A stretch of DNA of 64,000 nucleotides from an uncultured Candidatus Saccharibacteria bacterium (GTDB lineage: Bacteria > Patescibacteriota > Andersenbacteria > UBA10190). Positions 19,255 through 27,686 of the stretch are shown in pieces. Position numbers and translations under genes: made by a program. The stretch spans positions 2,297-66,296 of the forward strand of contig CAZLVG010000001.1 of assembly GCA_964562905.1 (NCBI GenBank), read 5' to 3'. Each line of letters opens with the position of its first letter. The stretch's first letter is position 1. The notes below the pieces were generated by a model. That model was not told where the DNA came from and did no database searches. It saw only the letters and a list, made by a program, of their open reading frames with translations.

Positions 19255-20889
19255 TTGACGCCGCCTATGCGCCCGCTTATCAGATGGATAGATAAGCACG
19301 CGGCAGTGATAATGGCCGCCATAGCGGCGCTTTACCTGGTTTACGCGGGCGCGTTGAGCGCGATGGATCACTTCGGCCTGCGCACCCAGCTGTCCGATCT
19401 GGGGCATATGGAGCAGGCTATTTGGCAGATAACCCAGGGGGACCCGGCCATGACACAGTCGGATCCCGCGCTTAACCTGCCGCGGATGCGGGTGCACGCC
19501 AATGTGATTTTTTATCTTATCGCGCCTTTTTACGCCCTTTTCCCCTCACCTGTCACTCTGTTGCTTCTGGGCACGGCCGCGGTGGCTTCCGCGGGCTTCC
19601 TGTTTTTTCTGCTGGCGCGCCATGTCTTAAACAGCCATTCGCTGGCGCTTCTCTTCGGCGTTGCCTTCCTGGCTAATCCGCTGGTCCAGGAAGCCAACCT
19701 TTACGATTTTCACCCCATAGTGCTGGCTTTCCCGCTTTTTCTGGCCGTCCTGCTGTTCCAGGAAAAACGCCAGTGGGCCGGTTATTGGCTAGCTTTGCTG
19801 CTGCTCCTGTCCGTCAAGGAAACCCTGCTGCCGGTGGCAGCCGCCATAGGCGTGTATGTGACCATCCGCTCCTCTAAAAAACACGGTCTTATAACCATAC
19901 TGGCCGCCGCCACGTACTTCTTCGCGCTAAGCGAACTGCTGCCGCTGGCAACCGGCTTCCCCGTGGCGGAGCTTCAGCCTAGATTTGATTATTTGGGCGC
20001 CACTCCCAAAGAAGCCCTGGTTAAGGCCTTGACCAGCCCGGGCGAGCTGCTGGGGGTAGTACTGCCACGTGATAAGTTAACCTATCTGGCCTATCTGGCA
20101 CCACAAGGCAGCTTCCTGGCCGTTCTTTCACCCCTGGCCGCCTTGTGGGCTCTGCCCCCCATTGCGTTCAACCTGCTTGACCTCCTTGGCTTCCAGGTCC
20201 GAATCACCGGCGCGTACCACTCCGGCCTGGTAATCACTGCCGCGTATGCCGCCGCTCTTTACGGACTGCGTTTTGTCAGCCGCCGGCGGCCTGGCTGGTC
20301 TCGCGGCCTGATAGGACTGTTTGTCCTGCAAGCGGCGGCTATCTCCCTGGTCATGAGCCCGACCCCTTACGGACTGCTGTCGTCTTGGCGAGACTTCCGT
20401 TTAAACCACGACTACGACAAATTTGCCGACATCGCCACTCTTATCCCTCCCCGCGCCGCTCTGTCCACCCAGAACGGCCCCGCCGCCCACCTGGCTGCCC
20501 GCGATATTGTTGTCAAATATCCCCATAACACCCAGGCTGTGGATTATATCCTGCTGCACGTACATGATCCCACCAACTGTAACAACGGGATGTTTTTTGC
20601 CGACAGCCCGTCGGTGGCTTTTCCATCATGGACCGGTAAGTATAAAAAAGAGACACTTGACCCGGCCTTCGCTGAAAACGATTTCGGGGTCTTGGCTTAC
20701 CGTCCGCCCTGGTATTTGTTTAAACGCGGCCACAACCGCCAGCTTAACGCTAAGGCGTACGAAAAAGCTATGAAAGACCTGCGCCGGTACCCGCCTTACG
20801 CGGTAAAGCGTCAGCTTAAGTGTAATTCCGTCGACAGGTTGCAGGAGCTATATGCCGAACAGTTGTCTCGTGTTGGTCTGGGTAGCTAA
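19255..20889 (+). CDS. DUF2079-like integral membrane protein (glycosylation-associated)
   Basis: N-terminal signature HFGLRTQLSDLGHMEQAIWQ, typical of DUF2079. The protein is polytopic and sits 9 bp after the GT-C gene. Confidence 0.55.
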   Translation: MTPPMRPLIRWIDKHAAVIMAAIAALYLVYAGALSAMDHFGLRTQLSDLGHMEQAIWQITQGDPAMTQSDPALNLPRMRVHANVIFYLIAPFYALFPSPVTLLLLGTAAVASAGFLFFLLARHVLNSHSLALLFGVAFLANPLVQEANLYDFHPIVLAFPLFLAVLLFQEKRQWAGYWLALLLLLSVKETLLPVAAAIGVYVTIRSSKKHGLITILAAATYFFALSELLPLATGFPVAELQPRFDYLGATPKEALVKALTSPGELLGVVLPRDKLTYLAYLAPQGSFLAVLSPLAALWALPPIAFNLLDLLGFQVRITGAYHSGLVITAAYAAALYGLRFVSRRRPGWSRGLIGLFVLQAAAISLVMSPTPYGLLSSWRDFRLNHDYDKFADIATLIPPRAALSTQNGPAAHLAARDIVVKYPHNTQAVDYILLHVHDPTNCNNGMFFADSPSVAFPSWTGKYKKETLDPAFAENDFGVLAYRPPWYLFKRGHNRQLNAKAYEKAMKDLRRYPPYAVKRQLKCNSVDRLQELYAEQLSRVGLGS

Positions 20890-21636
20890 CTCAACCCTAT
20901 CAAGCGGCACCCTTCTTAGTTCCGCTACTTTTCGAGCCACCAATTCCACATAGGCCGGCTCGTTGCGTTGCCCCCGATAAGGCTCCGGCGCCAGGAAAGG
21001 GCAGTCCGTTTCCAACAACATTCTGTCCAAAGGAACCACGCGGGTCGCCTCGGCCGCCTCCCCGGCATTCTTGAAAGTCACTACCCCGTTGAAAGCAAGA
21101 TACATGCCTAATTCAAGATACTCCTCCGCCTGCCGGCGGCTGCCGTTGAATGAGTGCATCACGCCTGGGGGCAGCTGGTCCTGGCTGTAAGAAGCCAACA
21201 GTTTGATGACTTCATCGTGCGCATCAATATCATCGCCGCTCCTTACATGAAAAACGATCGGCAGGCCATGCGATCGCGCCAGCGCCATAAAACCGGTCAG
21301 TGCCTTTAACTGCTTCGGCAAATTTCCCCCCCGATACAAGTCAATCCCTACCTCGCCCACTGCCTTAACCTCTTCTTCCCGCGCCAGCCCGCGCAGCCGC
21401 CTCCAGTCGCCCTCTTCCAAATCTTCCGCCTCGCTCGGGTGAACCCCCACCGTTGCCCCTACTCCCACACCCTGACCGCGGTACTGCCGCGCTAGACTAA
21501 TAGCCTTCTCGCTGCTCGCCACGCCCGTACCCACCTCAACCCAGCCTCCAACCCCGGCTTCCCGCGCCCTGCTAATAACCTCTTCCCTGTCACCGTCAAA
21601 CTGGGGAAAAGCGACGTGCGCGTGGCTGTCAATCAT
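20848..21636 (-). CDS. tatD: TatD family metal-dependent hydrolase
   Basis: Start MIDSHAHVAF, with the conserved His/Glu/Asp ligands of the TatD TIM-barrel family. Confidence 0.85.
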   Translation of the reverse strand: MIDSHAHVAFPQFDGDREEVISRAREAGVGGWVEVGTGVASSEKAISLARQYRGQGVGVGATVGVHPSEAEDLEEGDWRRLRGLAREEEVKAVGEVGIDLYRGGNLPKQLKALTGFMALARSHGLPIVFHVRSGDDIDAHDEVIKLLASYSQDQLPPGVMHSFNGSRRQAEEYLELGMYLAFNGVVTFKNAGEAAEATRVVPLDRMLLETDCPFLAPEPYRGQRNEPAYVELVARKVAELRRVPLDRVELATQTNTRQLFGI

Positions 21637-21637
21637 C

Positions 21638-21901
21638 CTAGCTCTCCCCCGCCCTTACTATCAGCCATAAATTCCTCACATACACCAATATACCCACACT
21701 CTGCCCCGCGATAAACACCGGATCCCTTATGTGTACAGCGTAAACCAGCAACCCCATGCCCCCCGCCAGGCTCAAATACCAAAAAGCTTTGGGTATCACC
21801 GACCGTCCCTGCTTCTCCGACACTACCCACTGCACAAAAAAACGCATAAAAAAGGCCGCCTGCGCCCCAAAACCCAGCCACAACCACAAATCTTCAGGCA
21901 T
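21638..21901 (-). CDS. Lipid-A-disaccharide synthase N-terminal domain (LAB_N) small membrane protein
   Basis: Signature W..LGF.AQA.FF.RF.VQW..SEK...S..P..FW..SL.G......Y......VF..GQ......Y.RN. This domain is typically coupled to polyprenyl-phosphate GT2 enzymes. Confidence 0.75.
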   Translation of the reverse strand: MPEDLWLWLGFGAQAAFFMRFFVQWVVSEKQGRSVIPKAFWYLSLAGGMGLLVYAVHIRDPVFIAGQSVGILVYVRNLWLIVRAGES

Positions 21902-22586
21902 ACTTTCCGAAGCCTTTCGCCCGGCGCACTTTAATCAAGCCCGCCGCCGCGCGCCATATCCTATTCCTGATACCGTATTTTGAACGCCCATGCCTCCTGG
22001 GAAAATGCCGCACCGTGTGCTGGGCAACCCTAAAACCAGCCGCTGCCATCAAGAAAGGGAAAAACCTGTGGGCCCCCTCGAAAGCATCAAGACAGGCTAC
22101 CACCTTCCGGTCAAATACCCGCAGCGGACAGCCAATGTCGCGAAAGTCGTCTTTCAAAACCAACCGCTGCGCCGCGTTAGCTATCCACGAAGACGCCTTC
22201 CTAACCAGTGAATCCCGCCTTCTTTCCCTCCACCCTACCACCGCGTCGTACCCCTCTTCCAGCCTTTTAAACATGGCCGGAATGGCAGCCACGTCGTCTT
22301 GGAGATCCCCATCCAAAGTAACTATTACCCTGCCCGCCGCCGCCCGAAAACCAGCCAACAAAGCCGCTGTCTTTTTCTTGTTATTCTCAAATCTAATGAC
22401 CCGCGCCGCGCCGTCTCCAATCTCATCCAAACGATTACAAGTGGCGTCACTCGACCCGTCATCCACAAAAATAACCTCGTACCCGCCGGCCAGCCCCATC
22501 CCGCTCAAAACTTTTTTTATCTGGTCAAAAAGCGGCTGCACCGAATCCTCCTCGTTATACACTGGAACCACCACGGAAATATCCAT
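21894..22586 (-). CDS. GT2 polyprenyl-phosphate glycosyltransferase (DPM1/GtrB-like)
   Basis: Start ISVVVPVYNEE and motif VIFVDDGSSD, typical of the GT-A fold dolichyl/undecaprenyl-phosphate sugar synthase family. Confidence 0.85.
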   Translation of the reverse strand: MDISVVVPVYNEEDSVQPLFDQIKKVLSGMGLAGGYEVIFVDDGSSDATCNRLDEIGDGAARVIRFENNKKKTAALLAGFRAAAGRVIVTLDGDLQDDVAAIPAMFKRLEEGYDAVVGWRERRRDSLVRKASSWIANAAQRLVLKDDFRDIGCPLRVFDRKVVACLDAFEGAHRFFPFLMAAAGFRVAQHTVRHFPRRHGRSKYGIRNRIWRAAAGLIKVRRAKGFGKYA

Positions 22587-22615
22587 ACCCTAATATAAAC
22601 ACCACTTCCCCGCTT

Positions 22616-23056
22616 ATGCTATCCTTCACTCACACCATCTTGAGTCTTCCCCTGGCCGACCTCTTCCACAATCCCGCCGCCATCTTCCTCGCCGCCTTCC
22701 TTCTCCACCTAGCCGCCGACGCCATCCTCCACTGGAACGTGGATCCGACCAGGCGGCCCTATCCCTACAAGTTCGTGGCTCTTGACGTGCTATCCGGCCT
22801 CGCCCTGGCCCTGCCCATCGCCGCCGGCCGCTGGCCAGTCCTGTCCACCCTGGCTGCCATTGCCGGCGGCAACGCGCCCGACGCCATTCACTCTTTGTGG
22901 TACATCTTTAAGCCCACCAAGTACAGCAAATATATTCATTGGCTAGAACCCTTCCTCTCCTTCCACAAAAAAATCCAGCGCGAGACCACCAGTGTCCCCC
23001 TCGGCCTAGCCTCGCAAATAATCCTCATCGCCCTGGCCCTTTCTCTCGTCTTATAA
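22616..23056 (+). CDS. Hypothetical small membrane protein
   Basis: Three to four hydrophobic helices and no recognised motif. Confidence 0.4.
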   Translation: MLSFTHTILSLPLADLFHNPAAIFLAAFLLHLAADAILHWNVDPTRRPYPYKFVALDVLSGLALALPIAAGRWPVLSTLAAIAGGNAPDAIHSLWYIFKPTKYSKYIHWLEPFLSFHKKIQRETTSVPLGLASQIILIALALSLVL

Positions 23057-23391
23057 TCCAAAACCCGGTACACTAATCCCGTGCCAAACAACAACAAACC
23101 CGCCACCAAAGGATGGCGTCCGCGAAGCCGCCGGCGAGCTAGCCGAAGCCGTTAAGATTGGCTTTGATCGCACGGCCACCAAAGACGATTTAGCGACACT
23201 TGACAAGAGAGTCGATGGCCCAGACAAGAAAGTTGACAATCTTGATAAGAAGTTCGGCAGACTCGCGCGCGGCCAAAAAGCCATGCTTGGCATTCTGGAC
23301 GAGAACAACAAACTGCCTAAAGAAATACGTCGTCTACCCGAACGCGTCGCTCGCCTCGAGCGATCAGTCTTCCACCGCTGATAACTCTACG

Positions 23392-24444
23392 TTAACCCGC
23401 TAGTTCTTCGCCAGTCTTAGAAGTTGACACTAAGTCATTAACAAAAGCACTCACTACCACCGCCGCCGGCACCGCCAGCAGCACCCCCACTACCCCTACC
23501 AGCCTCGCCCCCAAGAGCACCGCCAAAATCGTCACCAACGGATTTAAGCCCGTTGCCTTGCGCATGATGAAAGGAATCAGCAGGTGATTTTCCGCCTGCT
23601 GTACCAGCAGGTAGAACAACGCCACCCCCAAGCCCAACAGCCACGACTGGGTAAACCCAACCAAGACCGCCGGCACCGCCGCTATTATCGGCCCCATAAT
23701 CGGCACCAACTCCAGTACCCCCGCCACCAAACCCAACAGCAGTGAATACGGCACTCCCATAATCCACAAACCAGCCGCTACCGTAACGCCGACTATCACC
23801 CCCAGCGACAGCTGAGCCACTACCCAGCGCCCCATCACTCTCTGCGTCCGGTCAATCACCATTTCCACGTAAGCCAAATGTCTAGCCGGCACCACCATGC
23901 GGAACGGCTTTTTTACCGCCTCTTTGTCCACTACCAAATACAAAGCGATCACGAACATGAAAATCAGCGTAAACACCCCGGAGAACACCGTGCGCGTCTG
24001 TCGAAACAGCCCCGCCCCTACATTGGTCAAGTCCTTCCCCACTCCGGCCAGCGCCTGCTGCCACGCGCTGACGGCTCCCCTAACTTCCCCCGTAGAAGGA
24101 ATCAAGCCCCGAACGCTCAAATACTCCATCAAAGCCGGCAGGGCATGGGACAACTGCGTCAACTGCTCCGTCAGCGGCGGTATGATCAGCGATACCACCA
24201 CCGCCGCCACCACTAGCACCAGCCCGTACACCAGCGCCACCGACACCGCCCTTGGCACCAGGTACCTCTCCAGCCTGTCAGCTACCGGCCGGATGGCGCT
24301 GGCCACCACCACCGACGCGAACAACATCAGTAGAAAATCAAATATTATGTATATGAACCAGAAGCTTATCAGCACCAGAACAACCCTGAAGACCGTTCCC
24401 GTCGAGATATCCACGTTACTGTTAGCTTTTGGATTAACAGTCAT
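23392..24444 (-). CDS. AI-2E family transporter (UPF0118/PerM-like)
   Basis: 8-TM architecture with the C-terminal conserved stretch (LNPLVTILAVLLGARLVGVVGVLLAVP) characteristic of the AI-2E family. Confidence 0.75.
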   Translation of the reverse strand: MTVNPKANSNVDISTGTVFRVVLVLISFWFIYIIFDFLLMLFASVVVASAIRPVADRLERYLVPRAVSVALVYGLVLVVAAVVVSLIIPPLTEQLTQLSHALPALMEYLSVRGLIPSTGEVRGAVSAWQQALAGVGKDLTNVGAGLFRQTRTVFSGVFTLIFMFVIALYLVVDKEAVKKPFRMVVPARHLAYVEMVIDRTQRVMGRWVVAQLSLGVIVGVTVAAGLWIMGVPYSLLLGLVAGVLELVPIMGPIIAAVPAVLVGFTQSWLLGLGVALFYLLVQQAENHLLIPFIMRKATGLNPLVTILAVLLGARLVGVVGVLLAVPAAVVVSAFVNDLVSTSKTGEELAG

Positions 24445-24453
24445 GGTTAAATA

Positions 24454-25737
24454 TTAACCCGTTCGCAACTGCTGTTCAAAAACATCGGGCGAGGATTGCG
24501 GCCCCAGCACAGCCACCGCCCGCTGGTCTGTCCGCAGCAATGCTCGCGCCGTGCTCTGAATTTCCCGCGCCGTTACTGATAAAATTCTTCGTTCTATATC
24601 ATCCGGCGTCATCACTTTCTTCTGCAACAGTTCCTGCATTCCCGCAAATACAGCCAGGGAATTGGTTTCCTCCAGCTCCAGCGCCAGCCGGCCTTTTATC
24701 ATCTGCCTGGCCTTGTCTATTTCGGCCTGCGCCACCGCCTCCTGCATAATCCGGTCATACTGCCGCAAGATAAGCTTGAGGGCAAAACCGGCCTTATCGG
24801 TACGCAACCCAGCCTGCGTTTCAAATCCGCCGGTATCCGTAAGATTTTCCGAAGAAGTACGCAGGGAGTAAGCCAGACCCTTGTTTTCTCTTACTTCCAT
24901 AAACAAACGGCTGCTCATGCCGCCGCCCAGAATGACAGCCAGTACTTCAGTGGCCCACCGGCGTTCATCCCTCAGCGACGTGCCGGGCACACCCACTATC
25001 AAATGAGTCTGGTCCAGGGAAGACCTGTTTTCAAAGACAAGCCGCTGGGTTGGCCCTGCTCGCGCCCGCTCCGGTTTTGTTTCCTTACCGCGGGGAAGAC
25101 CCCGAAACCATCCCTCTATCTTGGATAGGATCCCGCGTTCTCTGAAGTTGCCCGCGACGACCACCACCGTGTTGCCCGTATGGTAGTGGCATCCCGTGTA
25201 ATTCAGAAAATCGTTTCTGGTAAACCGGGCTACCGTCTCTGGTGTTCCGTCGACCCGGCGCCCCAATGGATGTCCGCCGAACAGCGCCCGGCGCCAAAGA
25301 TGATTAACATGCCTCATCGGGGCATCCGTATGCATTTTAATCTCCTCCATAATAACTCCCCTCTCGCGCTCTATCTCGCGGGACGGGAAAACGGAATTAA
25401 GCAGAATGTCCGCCACGACATCCCCAGCCAAGTCCAGATGATCCTGAGCAGCCTTTACGTAATATCCCGTTACTTCTTCGCCTGTAAAAGCGTTATATTC
25501 CGCTCCCATATTGTCCAAGGTTTCGGCAATCTCCAGCTTGTCAGAGCGTTTACGGGTCCCCTTAAAAAACATATGTTCCAGAAAATGCGAAAGTCCGCTT
25601 TGCTTTTCTTTTTCATAACGGGAGCCCACACCGATCAACACCAGTAGGGTAAACGCCTTACCTTCCGTGCGCGGCAACAGCAGCACGCGCAAGCCGGACG
25701 GCAACCTCTTTTTTACTACCGGGAAATCTTCAGCCAC
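24454..25737 (-). CDS. M16 family zinc peptidase (insulinase-like)
   Basis: Inverted zinc-binding motif HFLEHMFFKGT (HxxEH) and the downstream Glu region. Length is 427 aa. Confidence 0.85.
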   Translation of the reverse strand: MAEDFPVVKKRLPSGLRVLLLPRTEGKAFTLLVLIGVGSRYEKEKQSGLSHFLEHMFFKGTRKRSDKLEIAETLDNMGAEYNAFTGEEVTGYYVKAAQDHLDLAGDVVADILLNSVFPSREIERERGVIMEEIKMHTDAPMRHVNHLWRRALFGGHPLGRRVDGTPETVARFTRNDFLNYTGCHYHTGNTVVVVAGNFRERGILSKIEGWFRGLPRGKETKPERARAGPTQRLVFENRSSLDQTHLIVGVPGTSLRDERRWATEVLAVILGGGMSSRLFMEVRENKGLAYSLRTSSENLTDTGGFETQAGLRTDKAGFALKLILRQYDRIMQEAVAQAEIDKARQMIKGRLALELEETNSLAVFAGMQELLQKKVMTPDDIERRILSVTAREIQSTARALLRTDQRAVAVLGPQSSPDVFEQQLRTG

Positions 25738-25760
25738 GCCTTCAACTTCGCGCTTTAAAC

Positions 25761-27077
25761 TTAACTGCCGAGTTTGCCGCTTACTACCCCCGGCACTTCG
25801 GCCAGCGGCACCCTCTCCTGTTCCATGGTGTCCCTGTCCCTGATGGTGACCGCTTTATCCTCTAACGTTTCAAAATCCACTGTCACGCACCAAGGAGTGC
25901 CTACCTCATCCTGACGCCGGTAGCGCTTGCCTATGGACTGCGTCACGTCATAGTCACAACTGAATTTTCCGGCCAGTCCGCGAGCCAGCGGCTCGGCCAC
26001 TTCCAGCAGTTTATCCTGGCGGGACAGCGGCAATACCGCCACCTGGTAGGGCGACATCCTGGCCGGGAATTTCATTACTACCCGCTTCTCCTGCCCGCCC
26101 TTGGCCGAAGGCGCCTTTTCTTCACGGTAGGCCGACACCATCATAGCCAACACAGTGCGGTCCACCCCAAAAGTGGGCTCCACCACATGCGGTACGAACT
26201 TCTCTCCCGTCTCCGGATCGGTATAACTCATGTCCCGGCCCGACTTTTCCATGTGCAAGCGCAAGTCATAATCAGCCCGGTAAGCCAAGCCGTAGAGTTC
26301 CTGCCTGCCGAAAGGAAAGTTAAACTCCAGGTCTACCGTCCGACGGGAATAGAAGGCCCTCTCCTCCTTGGAAATCTCGTGTTCATGAATTTTACTACCG
26401 TCAATGCCGCAAAGATTGACCCACTTGTGCATTTCTTCCAGCCATCTGTCAAACTGCGGCCGCCACTTTTCCGGACGTATGAAGTACTCAATTTCCATCT
26501 GTTCAAACTCACGCGTGCGGAAAATAAAGTTGCGGGGGGTAATTTCGTTGCGGAACGCTTTACCGAGTTGCGCTATGCCGAACGGAATTCTGTGCCGCCC
26601 GGACGCCAGCACCAGCGGGAAATTAACCAGCATGCCCTGAGCCGTTTCCGGACGTAAATACACCACCGAGGAATCGTCTTCCTTGGGACCCAAGAAAGTC
26701 TTGAACATCATATTAAAGGCCACCGGCTCCGTAAAGCTGTCTGCGGCCCGGCAACGCGGGCAAGGAGCGGACATATCTATCTCGTCGGACCGATAGCGGC
26801 GGCGGCACTGCCTGCATTCCGTAAGGGGATCGCTGAACTCGTCGAGATGGCCGCTGGCTTCCCATACTTTGGGATTCATTATCAGTGCGGAATCCAAACC
26901 AACCACGTCCAGCCGCCGGCGCACAAACATGTCCCACCACGCCTGCTTAATATTGTTTTTTAGCAACACGCCCAACGGGCCGTAATCCCAGCTGCTAGCT
27001 AAACCACCGTAGATTTCCGACCCGGGAAAAACAAACCCCCGCCTTTTGGCCAAAGAAACAATTTTTTTCATGTCCAT
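25761..27077 (-). CDS. glyQS: Glycyl-tRNA synthetase (alpha2 type)
   Basis: N-terminus IVSLAKRRGFVFPGSEIYGGLASSWDYGPLGVLLKNNIKQAWW is the canonical GlyRS class II motif 1 region. Length is 438 aa. Confidence 0.9.
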   Translation of the reverse strand: MDMKKIVSLAKRRGFVFPGSEIYGGLASSWDYGPLGVLLKNNIKQAWWDMFVRRRLDVVGLDSALIMNPKVWEASGHLDEFSDPLTECRQCRRRYRSDEIDMSAPCPRCRAADSFTEPVAFNMMFKTFLGPKEDDSSVVYLRPETAQGMLVNFPLVLASGRHRIPFGIAQLGKAFRNEITPRNFIFRTREFEQMEIEYFIRPEKWRPQFDRWLEEMHKWVNLCGIDGSKIHEHEISKEERAFYSRRTVDLEFNFPFGRQELYGLAYRADYDLRLHMEKSGRDMSYTDPETGEKFVPHVVEPTFGVDRTVLAMMVSAYREEKAPSAKGGQEKRVVMKFPARMSPYQVAVLPLSRQDKLLEVAEPLARGLAGKFSCDYDVTQSIGKRYRRQDEVGTPWCVTVDFETLEDKAVTIRDRDTMEQERVPLAEVPGVVSGKLGS

Positions 27078-27157
27078 GCCCTTAACTTACCAGTTTATGC
27101 TCCTCCACCTAAAGTAAACTGGCCGGCCTCCAAAAACAATGTTTACGTCCTGCGCCA

Positions 27158-27682
27158 CTACACATTCCAGGGCATTTGCCTCTCGGCCGGCATCCCTCGC
27201 CGGCGGCGCGCCTCCCGTTGCAAGTCCTTGGTAATTTCGCGATACCGTTCGTCGCGCGCCCGTGCCAACTCATGTTCCCGCCTCCGCCAGCTGGTGTCAA
27301 ATCCCCGCTCCGCCTCCTTTTTTCTTAACTCAAACCTTTTCCTGGCTTTTTCCTCGGCTCGCTCTTCTCCCAAAACACCCGCTTTCCGCTCGTAATAACT
27401 AGCTATACTTTGCTTTTGTCGGCGCAGCTTACCTTTCAACTCGCCCCTCGCCTTTCGTCTATCTTTTACTAGCCGCCTGCGCTTGGCCTGATAATTTTCT
27501 CTAGCCTCGCGCCTTCGTTTCCGCTTCTTCACCTCGTAACTGCTAAGGCTCCCGGCCAGGGGATTTAGCTGCTGTATCGGTCCGGGCGGCCCCAGGCGGC
27601 CCTTCCACGCGCGATCCTCCGAGCCGAGCCCTTCTCTTGGTGAAGAGCTAAGACCGAATAATCTGGAGATAAAGCCGGGCAT
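27158..27682 (-). CDS. K/R/E-rich hypothetical protein (predicted coiled-coil/charged)
   Basis: About 45% charged residues (KKRKRRREARENYQAKRRRLVKDRRKARGELKGKLRRQK...). No TM segment. It is followed 4 bp later by the stop of the upstream gene. Confidence 0.45.
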   Translation of the reverse strand: MPGFISRLFGLSSSPREGLGSEDRAWKGRLGPPGPIQQLNPLAGSLSSYEVKKRKRRREARENYQAKRRRLVKDRRKARGELKGKLRRQKQSIASYYERKAGVLGEERAEEKARKRFELRKKEAERGFDTSWRRREHELARARDERYREITKDLQREARRRRGMPAERQMPWNV

Positions 27683-27686
27683 GGCT

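Noticed and set aside
21633-21887. 84-aa ORF overlapping the LAB_N gene in another frame
   Set aside because: The LAB_N frame carries a strong family signature. The alternative frame is Gly-rich with no support.
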